Positions 40,324-49,411 of a stretch of 64,000 nt of DNA are shown here, in pieces. A program made the position numbers and the translations under genes. This DNA comes from Patescibacteria group bacterium (lineage in GTDB: Bacteria; Patescibacteriota; Patescibacteriia; Buchananbacterales; UBA6539), in assembly GCA_041662625.1 (NCBI GenBank), contig JBAZSB010000001.1, positions 681,385-745,384 of the forward strand, in the 5' to 3' direction. The notes beneath the pieces were generated by a model. The model had not been told where the DNA came from. It ran no database searches and was given only the letters and a program-made list of their open reading frames with translations. Position 1 is the first letter of the stretch, and each line of letters begins with the position of its first letter.

Positions 40324-41925
40324 CCTTTGCGCCTTATTTGGGGCTAAAACCCCGATTGACGCACCACCTAAGGGGTAATTTACAGGTTCTAACCACCTAC
40401 TGTATCGAAGTATTTGAGATAAGCCGTTTTCAACTATTGAGAACGGTTTATTTAGTTCTATAGTGAGTTTTTTGTCTTTCAGGGTAAGGTTCGAGCCTAT
40501 AGTGGTTAGGATGGCCTTTTTAGTCTCTAAGTCGCCATGCTCAAAGGCATAGGTGGCATTACAGGCAAAATCAAAGGTCTTTTTAACCAGCTCGCGCCAG
40601 TTGTCGGCCCGGTGTTCGGTCCCACGCATTGCTTCCCTGATTTTATTCAGCTGACCGGTTAATTCGGTCTTCTTTTGTTTATATTGTTCGTCATCGATCT
40701 GATCTTTTATCTTCATGTTTAACAAGTTATCTAACTGCCTTTCAAGGCTTTCACAGGTCCGCTGTTGATTATCATAAATCTTCTGCCGGTCTTCAGTTTC
40801 TTGGTCATTCATTTTATCAAGATATTCAAGCGCTATATCTTTAAAAGTTTCTGGTATTTTAATTTTTATCAGCTGGTTAACTATCTGCAATTCTAAATCT
40901 CTGACTTCCACGGTTTTTTGGGAACAGGTGGGTAACTTTCTTTTAATGCAACGATAATAAGTATAATGATGAACATGGCCATTGCCTTTGTTGGTTTTAA
41001 ATTTTTCTTCTGCGGTAATCATTGATCCGCACTCACCGCACCTGATCATACCAGTAAAAGCAAACACATGCTTCTGGGGCCGGGCTTTTCCTTTACGGCC
41101 CAAAAGTTCCTGAACCCTCCAGTATTCCTCTTCGATTATCATTTTCTCATGTTTGCCATCATACCAGTTGCCGCTACCCACTGGATATTCAAACTTACCA
41201 TAATAAAAAGGGTCATTAAAAATTCTGTATATTGAGCTTTCACTCATTGGCTTACCGCCCATTCTTCTTTTTACAGGCGTCCTATAACCCCACTCATTAT
41301 TGAGCTTGTTTAATATCTCGGATACAGGATGTAAACCAGTCAACATTAACTCAAACGCTTTTCTAATTAAAGGAAACCTTTCTGGATCCGTTAAAACTTT
41401 TTTTTCTCCTTTTAACCCAAGTTTATCTCCCATATAGCCCGGCTTAACAACACAAGGATTCCAACCCTGATTAACCTTTGCCATCAGGCCTCTTCTGGTA
41501 TTTGTTTTTAAGTCTAAAATAAACTGGTTAGCCATACCAAATTCAACATTCATAAGCATAACATTGTCTTCGGGATAATAATCACGTTCTGGCGTCCTTA
41601 TATGCTTAATAATGCCATTCTGTAAGAGATGTGATGTTTTACCACTATCCTCGGCATTTCTAGACAAACGATCCAGCTTCCAGCAAAGTATTCCCTGCGC
41701 CTCGCCACTTTTTATCCGATCCAACATCTCATTAAATACCTCTCGGCCCGTATCTTTAGCTGATTTTGACTCAGTAAATATTTTTACTATTTTAAGACTA
41801 AATTTGTTTGCTACTTCTTTCAGAGAATCAATTTGTGAGGGAATAGATAAAACCTGCCGGTCTTCTGATTCGGTTGACTTCCGGGCATAGATAAAATATT
41901 TAATTTTGTCCGAGTTGTCCTTCAT
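40297..41925 (-). CDS. Large serine recombinase (resolvase + recombinase + Zn-ribbon + coiled coil)
   Basis: YARKS catalytic motif, WKLDRLSRN, IFNDPFYYG, CGECG...YYRC...C. Last codons are antisense tRNA-His. Confidence 0.95.
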   Translation of the reverse strand: MKDNSDKIKYFIYARKSTESEDRQVLSIPSQIDSLKEVANKFSLKIVKIFTESKSAKDTGREVFNEMLDRIKSGEAQGILCWKLDRLSRNAEDSGKTSHLLQNGIIKHIRTPERDYYPEDNVMLMNVEFGMANQFILDLKTNTRRGLMAKVNQGWNPCVVKPGYMGDKLGLKGEKKVLTDPERFPLIRKAFELMLTGLHPVSEILNKLNNEWGYRTPVKRRMGGKPMSESSIYRIFNDPFYYGKFEYPVGSGNWYDGKHEKMIIEEEYWRVQELLGRKGKARPQKHVFAFTGMIRCGECGSMITAEEKFKTNKGNGHVHHYTYYRCIKRKLPTCSQKTVEVRDLELQIVNQLIKIKIPETFKDIALEYLDKMNDQETEDRQKIYDNQQRTCESLERQLDNLLNMKIKDQIDDEQYKQKKTELTGQLNKIREAMRGTEHRADNWRELVKKTFDFACNATYAFEHGDLETKKAILTTIGSNLTLKDKKLTIELNKPFSIVENGLSQILRYSRWLEPVNYPLGGASIGVLAPNKAQRGGQRESNP

Positions 41926-42334
41926 ATTTTTTGTTTACTTTAATCGCACCAAACATTAAAAGGATAAGGGTTAAATAAACCAGAAACGGCACAAGCATTG
42001 TTAAAAAATTTATTACTCCAAATTCCTTTAGAACTGTTAGATTAAAAGAATCTAAAGTGGTTAAATAAAAGTCCAAGCCGGCAGTGGCTAAAAATACGAG
42101 AATAAAAAGCCAGCTGAAAGCTCTAAAAATTCTACCTAAAATAATTTTGTTGGTCTTGCTAGTGAAATAAAACAAGGTTAATGGCATGAACACCAGAAAT
42201 ATAAAATAAGAATAATACCAAAGCAAAAAATAAAGATGGCCGAAATTGTAATCGTCTTTAGTAAAACCAAAAATCCAACAAACTGCTATGACTAATAAGA
42301 TTGATAGACCTTGTAAGTGTAATTTTTCAGACAT
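41900..42334 (-). CDS. Hypothetical membrane protein
   Basis: About four hydrophobic segments. Confidence 0.65.
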   Translation of the reverse strand: MSEKLHLQGLSILLVIAVCWIFGFTKDDYNFGHLYFLLWYYSYFIFLVFMPLTLFYFTSKTNKIILGRIFRAFSWLFILVFLATAGLDFYLTTLDSFNLTVLKEFGVINFLTMLVPFLVYLTLILLMFGAIKVNKKYEGQLGQN

Positions 42335-42351
42335 ACTTTTAGGATTATTAA

Positions 42352-42810
42352 TTATAGATCACCGGTTAAAAAATGTAGTATAAAGTATGACAAAATTATT
42401 CCGGCGGGTATTATAAAATAAATAGCTGATTCAATGATTCTTTTGATTGACCGCCTTCTACCATCACTCATCTTTGTTGATTTTTCATCTACTTTCATAT
42501 CTGCATAAATAAGCCCACCAAACAAAAAACTAAAAATAGCAGTGCCAATACCAATTCTAATAAAAAGACCCTTGGTTTCTGTCCCTACCGGACTGTAAAT
42601 AGGATCACCCCATTCTATACATTCCCTATCAGGACCATTACCCCCGGACATAATACATGGTATTTCTTTAAGATACTTTCCGTCTGGTGTTATATTGCCA
42701 AGTATATTGAGTGCAAAAAAGACGAAGAATAAAGTAGCCCAAATAATTAACCAATACCCTATGGTATATTTCGGCACTTCTTTTGATGATGAGGCGCGAG
42801 GTAATTTCAT
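42352..42810 (-). CDS. Hypothetical membrane protein
   Basis: Three TM segments; start taken at MKLPRASS. Confidence 0.65.
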   Translation of the reverse strand: MKLPRASSSKEVPKYTIGYWLIIWATLFFVFFALNILGNITPDGKYLKEIPCIMSGGNGPDRECIEWGDPIYSPVGTETKGLFIRIGIGTAIFSFLFGGLIYADMKVDEKSTKMSDGRRRSIKRIIESAIYFIIPAGIILSYFILHFLTGDL

Positions 42811-43062
42811 ATTTTTATTTTGGTGAGCCACTATAAAGCCCCCACCAGTTTTAAGGACCGAAGTCCTTCCATGCGCAAACACGGCCTGATGAGGGCATCA
42901 TAAATGTTTGCGCATGGTATTGAGTTATGCTTTAATTTTAGCTCTGCTTAGGGGGTTTGTAAAGATCAAAAGTTAATTTTTATATACAGAATTGGGGTAG
43001 TGCCAGTATCTAAAATCATTTTTTGAAAAATCTAGGAGTCACTCTTACATATAAAAATTTAT

Positions 43063-43614
43063 TTAACATCCTCCCTCCCTAGCTATTGTCTTAAAATTGC
43101 CATCAATTATATCGTCCTTTCTGAGATTACCGGAACGAGCGGCTAAAGCCAGCAGACTTAAAGCGGTTCTGTTTGAATTGCCATCCAGCTCTTTTATTTT
43201 TAAAGTTATTAGCTCATGTCTGTCTTTTGCTTCCATGCTTTTGAAAAGCCACGTCATTGCCTGATTAGTTGAAATCTCATCCGGCTTGGCCAATGCTTCG
43301 GCTAATTTTAATTCGCCTAGCTCTAAAGATTTTTTATAGATCGCTTGCCTTACTACTTCTTCATCTATGGCTTTATCGTCAGCCAACTGTAAAATCTTTC
43401 TTACCTTAAGTCGCTGATCTGCGTCGTATTTGCGAAAAAATCGGTAGCACGTCATATAACCCGCCTTACCCTTGAGTCGCGGTTCAATCTGAGCAAAATA
43501 TTGCTGGTGCATTTGCTGAAGCGAAAGCTTGCCTTTTTGTTCCTCGTAAACCTCAACTAGCTTCTCCATAAAAGGAGATGAGGCAATAATTGATTGAGAG
43601 TTTATAAGCTTCAT
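43063..43614 (-). CDS. Helical phage-like protein (possibly small terminase/Mu gp27-like)
   Basis: N-terminal HTH-like segment, helical middle, DIIDGNF tail; family assignment tentative. Confidence 0.55.
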   Translation of the reverse strand: MKLINSQSIIASSPFMEKLVEVYEEQKGKLSLQQMHQQYFAQIEPRLKGKAGYMTCYRFFRKYDADQRLKVRKILQLADDKAIDEEVVRQAIYKKSLELGELKLAEALAKPDEISTNQAMTWLFKSMEAKDRHELITLKIKELDGNSNRTALSLLALAARSGNLRKDDIIDGNFKTIAREGGC

Positions 43615-43792
43615 GGTTGTAAATTCAGTGTTAAATAGGTGTAATTGATCTTGGGCCGCGTAATTCTTAAACAAGCTTGTTTCTGACTTACTTTAGGGCT
43701 TACCAAGATGATTCAGGCGAAACTAATGGAGTAAAATGAGTTGACTAATGCCGGTCCGGGATGACTCCTGCTCTTATTTCTGATTATATGGA

Positions 43793-43963
43793 TCAAAACT
43801 TCTTAGGATGATAAAAATCCAAATATTTATTAAGTATGTCATCGGCAATGTGAGACTCCGGTTTTTTAAATTTAAAAGCCACTCTTCTTAGCTTCTCTTT
43901 GGTTGCAAGCGTAATTCTAACGTGCTGGGTATGTAAATTTGCGGAGTTAATTTTCTTAGTCAT
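43793..43963 (-). CDS. Ribbon-helix-helix DNA-binding protein (56 aa, not in ORF track)
   Basis: MTKKINSANLHTQHVRITLATKEKLRRVAFKFKKPESHIADDILNKYLDFYHPKKF*; alternating beta strand then two helices. Confidence 0.6.
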   Translation of the reverse strand: MTKKINSANLHTQHVRITLATKEKLRRVAFKFKKPESHIADDILNKYLDFYHPKKF

Positions 43964-44208
43964 ATTAAGTAACTTGTTACCTTGTAGCCATCAGCGACTT
44001 CTATGGGCCAATAACACTCAAATGCTTTTTAAGGAATATTATCATCGTTTAAAGAATAGATTGTAAAATTTTGGCGATGGCCGATCCCAAATTTTACAGG
44101 GTTGATACTGGGCAAATTGGCCACCCGGTCGAGAAGTCGCTACTCGTTGCCGGGATTTAATCTGCCCACTATCTTGCGTCGAGTTTTGTCTGAGCATCAC
44201 GCAAAAGC

Positions 44209-44397
44209 TCAGCTATTCTCATTGTTAAAATTTTGTTTTGGTATTGGTCTATAAATAACCCTAAACAGGTTAACTAAATTATTTGCCATTTCTAAAGCCT
44301 CCTGCTCAGTAATTTCCTGATCAAATTCCTGCTTATAAGCAGTTTGGAATTTTCGGATCATTGTTTGTTTATCCTGCGGAGACATAAAAACGGCCAT
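44209..44397 (-). CDS. Small helical island protein
   Basis: KFQTAYKQEFDQEITEQEALEMANNLVNLFRVIYRP; resembles small proteins I recall near LSRs in CPR islands. Confidence 0.65.
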   Translation of the reverse strand: MAVFMSPQDKQTMIRKFQTAYKQEFDQEITEQEALEMANNLVNLFRVIYRPIPKQNFNNENS

Positions 44398-44849
44398 TTA
44401 CTGTTTTGGCCGTTTGCTATTTGTTTAATTTAAATCCCCGGCGGAAGACAAAGAAAATAGCACAAACGCTGCCAATTGACAGTTAATGCACTTCTCTTTG
44501 ACTTCAGACCGGGGTGTGTCTAACTCATTAGTCCATCCCGTATTGCCTCCCTATACCTTTTCAGCTAGGGCCAGAATATGGGGGTGGTGGATTCTTGCTA
44601 GGGGTGTCCCGCGTAAACCCGAAAAGTAATATTTATTTTTGAATTAACTAAAATTATTGTAGCACCACATAATTGGCTGTCAATAGATTTTTTCGCAATT
44701 TTAGAGTGGCAAAGGATTGACAAATACAGACTGTGGAATGTTCACTTCGTTGCTAATTAAAGGGGAAATTCAGGGGTGCAATGGGTTGACAAATAACCTG
44801 TGGATAAGCTTGATTTAAACCTAGATTAAAACTATGCTTAAAAAGGAAT

Positions 44850-46409
44850 ATGCAAAATCAAGATGTATTCGAATTATACAAACCATTAAGAAATCATCTA
44901 AGACAAATTGATCTTTATGGATCTTTTTATACTATTTGGAATTATAGCCAACATCTATTATCCAACAAAAAATTCCCCAACGATGTCTTAGTTGCACCAG
45001 AATTTCTATCTTTAGATCAAATAGGAAAAATGAGGATGGTCTCTCTTTGGGAATTAGAAACATTATGTAAGGAAATAATAATAAACTCTCAAGAAGTGGA
45101 GGGGAAAAAAACATTAAAAAATTGGGAGTATTTCGCTAATGCAATAAATAAATTAAAAAAATTAGAAAATGATATTAGCGGAAAATTTGTAGATAAAAAT
45201 AATATATTATTGGAGATGCACAGAATTGCCCATAGACAATTTCCATGGCAGGCTGAAAAACCAGCGGCTATATCAATGACAAGATATTATAAAATTTTTA
45301 ATTATGAACCAATAAGTGAAATTATTAAAAAGGTGACTAATCTGTCTACCCAAGAATTATATATAATCGCAACGGCCTTATTTGGTCTCTACGAAAATAA
45401 ATTCACATTATTTTATCCCACCAAAATAGAAATAAAAGGAATATCAATAAAAAATTTTGACTACTTTTTAAACCATTTTTGCTGCGATATAAAAACACTT
45501 AAGGAAAAATTACTAAAAGAGCAAGAAATCAATGAAAAATTTGCTTACGCTTTCGGATCCTTAAGAGCCTATCCGATAATAAAAATGGCCATTCCTTCTG
45601 GTAAAGATGGCTTAGTGTGTCCACTACCAACATTACTGTTTTGGCGATTAACTAATGGCATCTATTATGAAATTTTTCGACAAAAGGATTTCGATAACTA
45701 TTTTGGTTTTTCTTTCCAGACATATGTTGGAGAGGTTATTAAAAAAGCTACCTATAATAAAAAGATAAAATACTATGCTGAAGAACAATATAGGATCGGA
45801 AAGGAACTAAAAGATACGATCGATTGGATAGTTGCAGATGAAGAAGGAACTTTGTTTATTGAGTGTAAAACAAAACGAATGACTTTCGGCGCCAAAACTG
45901 AGATAAATTCCATGGATGAACTGGAAAAAGAGCTAGATAAAGCGGCTGAATTTATATTACAAGTTTACAAAGCAATTAAAGATTGTTTGGACAATAAGTA
46001 TCCATCGTATAAACACAGATCTAATAAGAATATATTTCCCTTAATCGTTACATTGGAAGATTGGTATCTATTTGGTGATCTCACCTTAGAAAAATTAAAT
46101 GAAAAAATCAAAATTATGCTAAGTAATCACAAGATACCGACATCATGGTTAGATGATTACCCATATTCGATATGCTCCGTGTCAGAATTTGAAAAAATCA
46201 CACAAGTAATCCAACTTATAGATATTAAGGAATTTATGAGTAAAAAAGTTTTTGATCAAGACTGTAAAAAATGGAACTTTAGTCCATTTATCGGCAGTAA
46301 ATTCTCAGAAATAAACAACAAAATAAAATTCTTATTTCCCGAAGATTTTGATAGAATTTTCCCTCGACATTTGAGAGGAGATCAAAAAATTACACAAATT
46401 GACAGTTAA
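44850..46409 (+). CDS. Hypothetical protein with C-terminal PD-(D/E)xK nuclease motif
   Basis: DTIDWIVADEEGTLFIECKTK (D...ExK). Confidence 0.7.
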   Translation: MQNQDVFELYKPLRNHLRQIDLYGSFYTIWNYSQHLLSNKKFPNDVLVAPEFLSLDQIGKMRMVSLWELETLCKEIIINSQEVEGKKTLKNWEYFANAINKLKKLENDISGKFVDKNNILLEMHRIAHRQFPWQAEKPAAISMTRYYKIFNYEPISEIIKKVTNLSTQELYIIATALFGLYENKFTLFYPTKIEIKGISIKNFDYFLNHFCCDIKTLKEKLLKEQEINEKFAYAFGSLRAYPIIKMAIPSGKDGLVCPLPTLLFWRLTNGIYYEIFRQKDFDNYFGFSFQTYVGEVIKKATYNKKIKYYAEEQYRIGKELKDTIDWIVADEEGTLFIECKTKRMTFGAKTEINSMDELEKELDKAAEFILQVYKAIKDCLDNKYPSYKHRSNKNIFPLIVTLEDWYLFGDLTLEKLNEKIKIMLSNHKIPTSWLDDYPYSICSVSEFEKITQVIQLIDIKEFMSKKVFDQDCKKWNFSPFIGSKFSEINNKIKFLFPEDFDRIFPRHLRGDQKITQIDS

Positions 46410-46435
46410 CTGTAAAAGGTAGAATATAAAATTGT

Positions 46436-46891
46436 ATGAAAAAACTAATCAACATAGCGCTTTTTCTTTTATTATTTTGGCCGTTAGCCAGCTTGGCTCA
46501 TCCCGGCCGAACTGATGCTTATGGCTGTCATACCTGCCGGACAAATTGTCCATCATGGGGTTTAGATTATGATGAATACCACTGTCATAATACAAAGGCT
46601 TTACCACAACCAGAAGAACCAATCAAAAGCACTTACGGAGCTGGCGGCACAGGTTATACAGATCCAGCACCAGAATACAAAAAACCAGCACCTATTGAAA
46701 ACAATATCAATCCTAATGTAAATATCAATTCAGAAACTAATAGTAATAAAAACAATTTCCTCAATCAAAAAGTATTAGGAACAGAATATAATGAACCATC
46801 CTCCAAAGAAGATGATAATAATTGGCTTGGCTGGATTATTGGCCTAGGTGCTGCTGGCGCTGGAGGGTATTGGCTGACGAAAAAAAAATAA
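46436..46891 (+). CDS. YHYH-domain exported, membrane-anchored protein
   Basis: Signal peptide, HPGRTDAYGCH...YHCH, C-terminal TM plus KKK. Confidence 0.8.
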   Translation: MKKLINIALFLLLFWPLASLAHPGRTDAYGCHTCRTNCPSWGLDYDEYHCHNTKALPQPEEPIKSTYGAGGTGYTDPAPEYKKPAPIENNINPNVNINSETNSNKNNFLNQKVLGTEYNEPSSKEDDNNWLGWIIGLGAAGAGGYWLTKKK

Positions 46892-46892
46892 T

Positions 46893-47873
46893 ATGTCTAA
46901 GATAAAAAAAGAAATTTACAATCTAGAATTTCCTCCTTACGTTAGCCAGCTAGAGATTGGGGGGTATATTTTTAAACGAATTGATAATTATAATCAGTTA
47001 ATAACCGAGTTACAACACTTTGTTAATATTTCCGGCTCTGAAAACCCGATTCAACCTAACACTGGGAAACATATGATTACTGCGACCGTATCTATACCTG
47101 AGAACGAAATAAAATGTTGTCTTCCTTGGACAGATCCAAATAGCACTCAAATTCTAGATGTATTATTTCTTTTAACAATATTTACTGGAAGAAGTGTTTT
47201 TGTTAAAGAATGGGAAGGCGATGCCCCAATTATCGCTGATCATCGCATACATCAATGGGGAGGCCAACTGCAGTGTTCCATTAAATATGAAGGTATGTGG
47301 AGGCACAAAGATACCGGAGAGATAAAGACGGAGCAAGAAATGGAAAAAAGTAAAATACCAATTTTTGATTATGATCATATAGATATTGGATTTGAAAAAA
47401 GTTTAAACAAAATACTAACGCTCATCTCAAATCCAGAATGGCAAGAAAAATATTCCGGTGGCTACTTCCTTTTTTTATTTAGAGACGCCACATTTAGACA
47501 AATACTAGAAAAATCGTTCCTAACTTGTTGGACAATATGGGAACAGATATTTTCCATTGAAAATTCCAAATGGCTGCCAGATGAAGAAATTTTTAGATTG
47601 GGGGGCGATAGAAAAATTGCCTATATTTTGAATAAATATTTTAATAAAAAAATAGATAAACGAGCATTGGCAAATATCAAACAACTTGCTAAATCAAGAA
47701 ATCGACTAGTGCATTTCGGCAAAAAGACTAATGACGTAACAAACGAGGAAAAAGAAATGTTTATTAGACTAACTGAACAGCTTATTGCATTGATATTAGG
47801 ATTAGAACCATCCAATATATTTAATTCTCTGGAAAAATTAAATAGTTTTCTAAATAAACAGCCGCATTGCTAA
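46893..47873 (+). CDS. ApeA-like HEPN domain protein
   Basis: C-terminal RNRLVH (Rx4H) after helical WTIWE segment. Confidence 0.65.
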   Translation: MSKIKKEIYNLEFPPYVSQLEIGGYIFKRIDNYNQLITELQHFVNISGSENPIQPNTGKHMITATVSIPENEIKCCLPWTDPNSTQILDVLFLLTIFTGRSVFVKEWEGDAPIIADHRIHQWGGQLQCSIKYEGMWRHKDTGEIKTEQEMEKSKIPIFDYDHIDIGFEKSLNKILTLISNPEWQEKYSGGYFLFLFRDATFRQILEKSFLTCWTIWEQIFSIENSKWLPDEEIFRLGGDRKIAYILNKYFNKKIDKRALANIKQLAKSRNRLVHFGKKTNDVTNEEKEMFIRLTEQLIALILGLEPSNIFNSLEKLNSFLNKQPHC

Positions 47874-47973
47874 TATTAGTAGTTAATCTAAATAATATCT
47901 GGTTTTAGTATCAAATTTATTTAGCTAAAAAAATAAATATAAAATTAAAATATTAAAATAGACATGCAAAATT

Positions 47974-48627
47974 ATGTCCATGGGTATTGTTCTAATATTT
48001 CCTGGCGGTGTATTCTTGGCAGCCGATGGTCGCCAAAGTAATCCTATTAGGGGCAACAAACTAATTAGTGATAGCGTATCTAAAATAGAAAAAATTGATT
48101 CTAAACTTTTTATAATCCATTTAGGTATCTCTCAAGCCTCTAGTGTATCAGCTAAAGATTTCGCCAAAAGATATAAACTAAACGATGACCCGGAAAAACT
48201 AAAAACAAAACTTGAGACAAGCGTATCGATTGGTCTTCATAGTATAATACCTAGACTAAGCCCAGATATAGATATCCATAATCCAGCTATTAAAAGTATT
48301 CTTCTTCTGGGTGGGATCGCCCAACAAACCTCGTTTATTGCCGGAGCGCTTTACGGTATTGATAACAAATCGACAATCTGCGAAACTAGCTGCTACAAAA
48401 ATATTGTTCTAGGCGGAGAAGAATTGAACGCGAATACTTTTTTCAACAAAAAGTGTGAAGAATTGATTCATGGCCAAATATCAACTGATGAATTAGTGCA
48501 AAAACTAATAAATGCATCACGGGACACCATAAGAATGGCGGAAAAAAAAGATAAAAGGATTGGTGGAAAAATTAGCTATGCTGTAGCACAAATAAATGGT
48601 CCCACGATATTTAATACAATAAAATAA
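47974..48627 (+). CDS. Ntn-hydrolase/proteasome-beta-like protein
   Basis: N-terminal MSMGIVL...VFLAADGR, KI, C-terminal IGG. Confidence 0.6.
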   Translation: MSMGIVLIFPGGVFLAADGRQSNPIRGNKLISDSVSKIEKIDSKLFIIHLGISQASSVSAKDFAKRYKLNDDPEKLKTKLETSVSIGLHSIIPRLSPDIDIHNPAIKSILLLGGIAQQTSFIAGALYGIDNKSTICETSCYKNIVLGGEELNANTFFNKKCEELIHGQISTDELVQKLINASRDTIRMAEKKDKRIGGKISYAVAQINGPTIFNTIK

Positions 48628-48642
48628 TAACGTGACTCTGCT

Positions 48643-49083
48643 ATGTCTTTTACTAGCCATATATATCAGATAAAATTTTCAGGATCAAGAATGCCTGAAA
48701 AAATTTTATTGTTTGAAAGCAATAAAATAATTATTGATTTTAACAAATTAAAACCTGACGATTACAGTTTTAAATTTGGTAGCTATTTCGGCACCAGTTT
48801 TGCACAAAAAATAATTACCATTAAAGACCCTAAATATATAACCAATGATAAATCCCCCAACAAAAAATTTTACCCCATATCAATTCTACATGAAATAGGT
48901 CATTCCAAACTACACAAAAGTCCTCCAAACAAAAAACCAGTGGGGCTTATAAAATACGAGATGGAAGCATGGGAATATGCGCTTGAAGAGATAAAAGACA
49001 AAAAACTAAAATATAATGCCGAGGAACTCCAAAAATTCATTTCAAAATGTCTTAAATCTTATATAAAAAATAATCACGCTTAG
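48643..49083 (+). CDS. Small zincin-like metallopeptidase
   Basis: LHEIGH plus downstream EMEAW. Confidence 0.6.
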   Translation: MSFTSHIYQIKFSGSRMPEKILLFESNKIIIDFNKLKPDDYSFKFGSYFGTSFAQKIITIKDPKYITNDKSPNKKFYPISILHEIGHSKLHKSPPNKKPVGLIKYEMEAWEYALEEIKDKKLKYNAEELQKFISKCLKSYIKNNHA

Positions 49084-49150
49084 TAAAACAAATCTTTAAC
49101 TCCTTAATTATCTCTGCTAAATAAGTTCTAACGTCGTCCCTTTCCCGACC
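49052..49150 (-). other. Displaced in-frame C-terminal tail of the LSR (attR arm)
   Basis: GRERDDVRTYLAEIIKELKICFTKRDYFLYKI*, in frame with LSR ...KAQRG across the shared core. Confidence 0.75.
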
Positions 49151-49188
49151 CTTTTGCGCCTTACCCTATTAACCCACTTTGGCGGCGG

Positions 49189-49273
49189 GTGGCACTCTCG
49201 TTACGGGTTCTCCGCCACATTATTAAATCAGAAAAGGCGGATCCGCCTTCGGCGGAGATTCCCGTAGGCCACC
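49189..49273 (+). pseudogene. tRNA-His 3' half interrupted in the T-loop by a 46-bp palindrome (49211-49256)
   Basis: gtggcactctcgttacgggttc[insert]gattcccgtaggccacc. Confidence 0.88.
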
Positions 49274-49411
49274 TGAACCTACGATGCAAATCGTAGTTTC
49301 AGGAAAAGACATCTCCCCTGTTTTGGGGAGGTATTTTTTATAAAAAAACAGAGCCCGCGCGAGTTTCACCTCGAGCAAGGCTCTAGATTAAAGTGTTATG
49401 TACCCATGAGC

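Larger units (their letters stand above)
40321..49150. mobile_element. LSR-type integrative island at the 3' end of tRNA-His
   Basis: Shared core acccctttgcgcctta (40321) vs acccttttgcgcctta (49148), LSR at the left end, AT-rich cargo. Confidence 0.85.

Noticed and set aside
39879-40463. Short ORFs 39879-40079, 40120-40347, 40137-40322 and 40266-40463
   Set aside because: They overlap tRNA, tRNA relics and palindromes; the repeated peptide only reflects the 35-bp tRNA duplication.
42885-42920. CTGATGAG as a hammerhead ribozyme core
   Set aside because: No GAAA follows the putative stem II.
40178-49188. Bulge-helix-bulge or group I intron in the outer tRNA-His
   Set aside because: Bulge geometry does not fit BHB, no group I core is visible, and the outer 3' half is itself disrupted.
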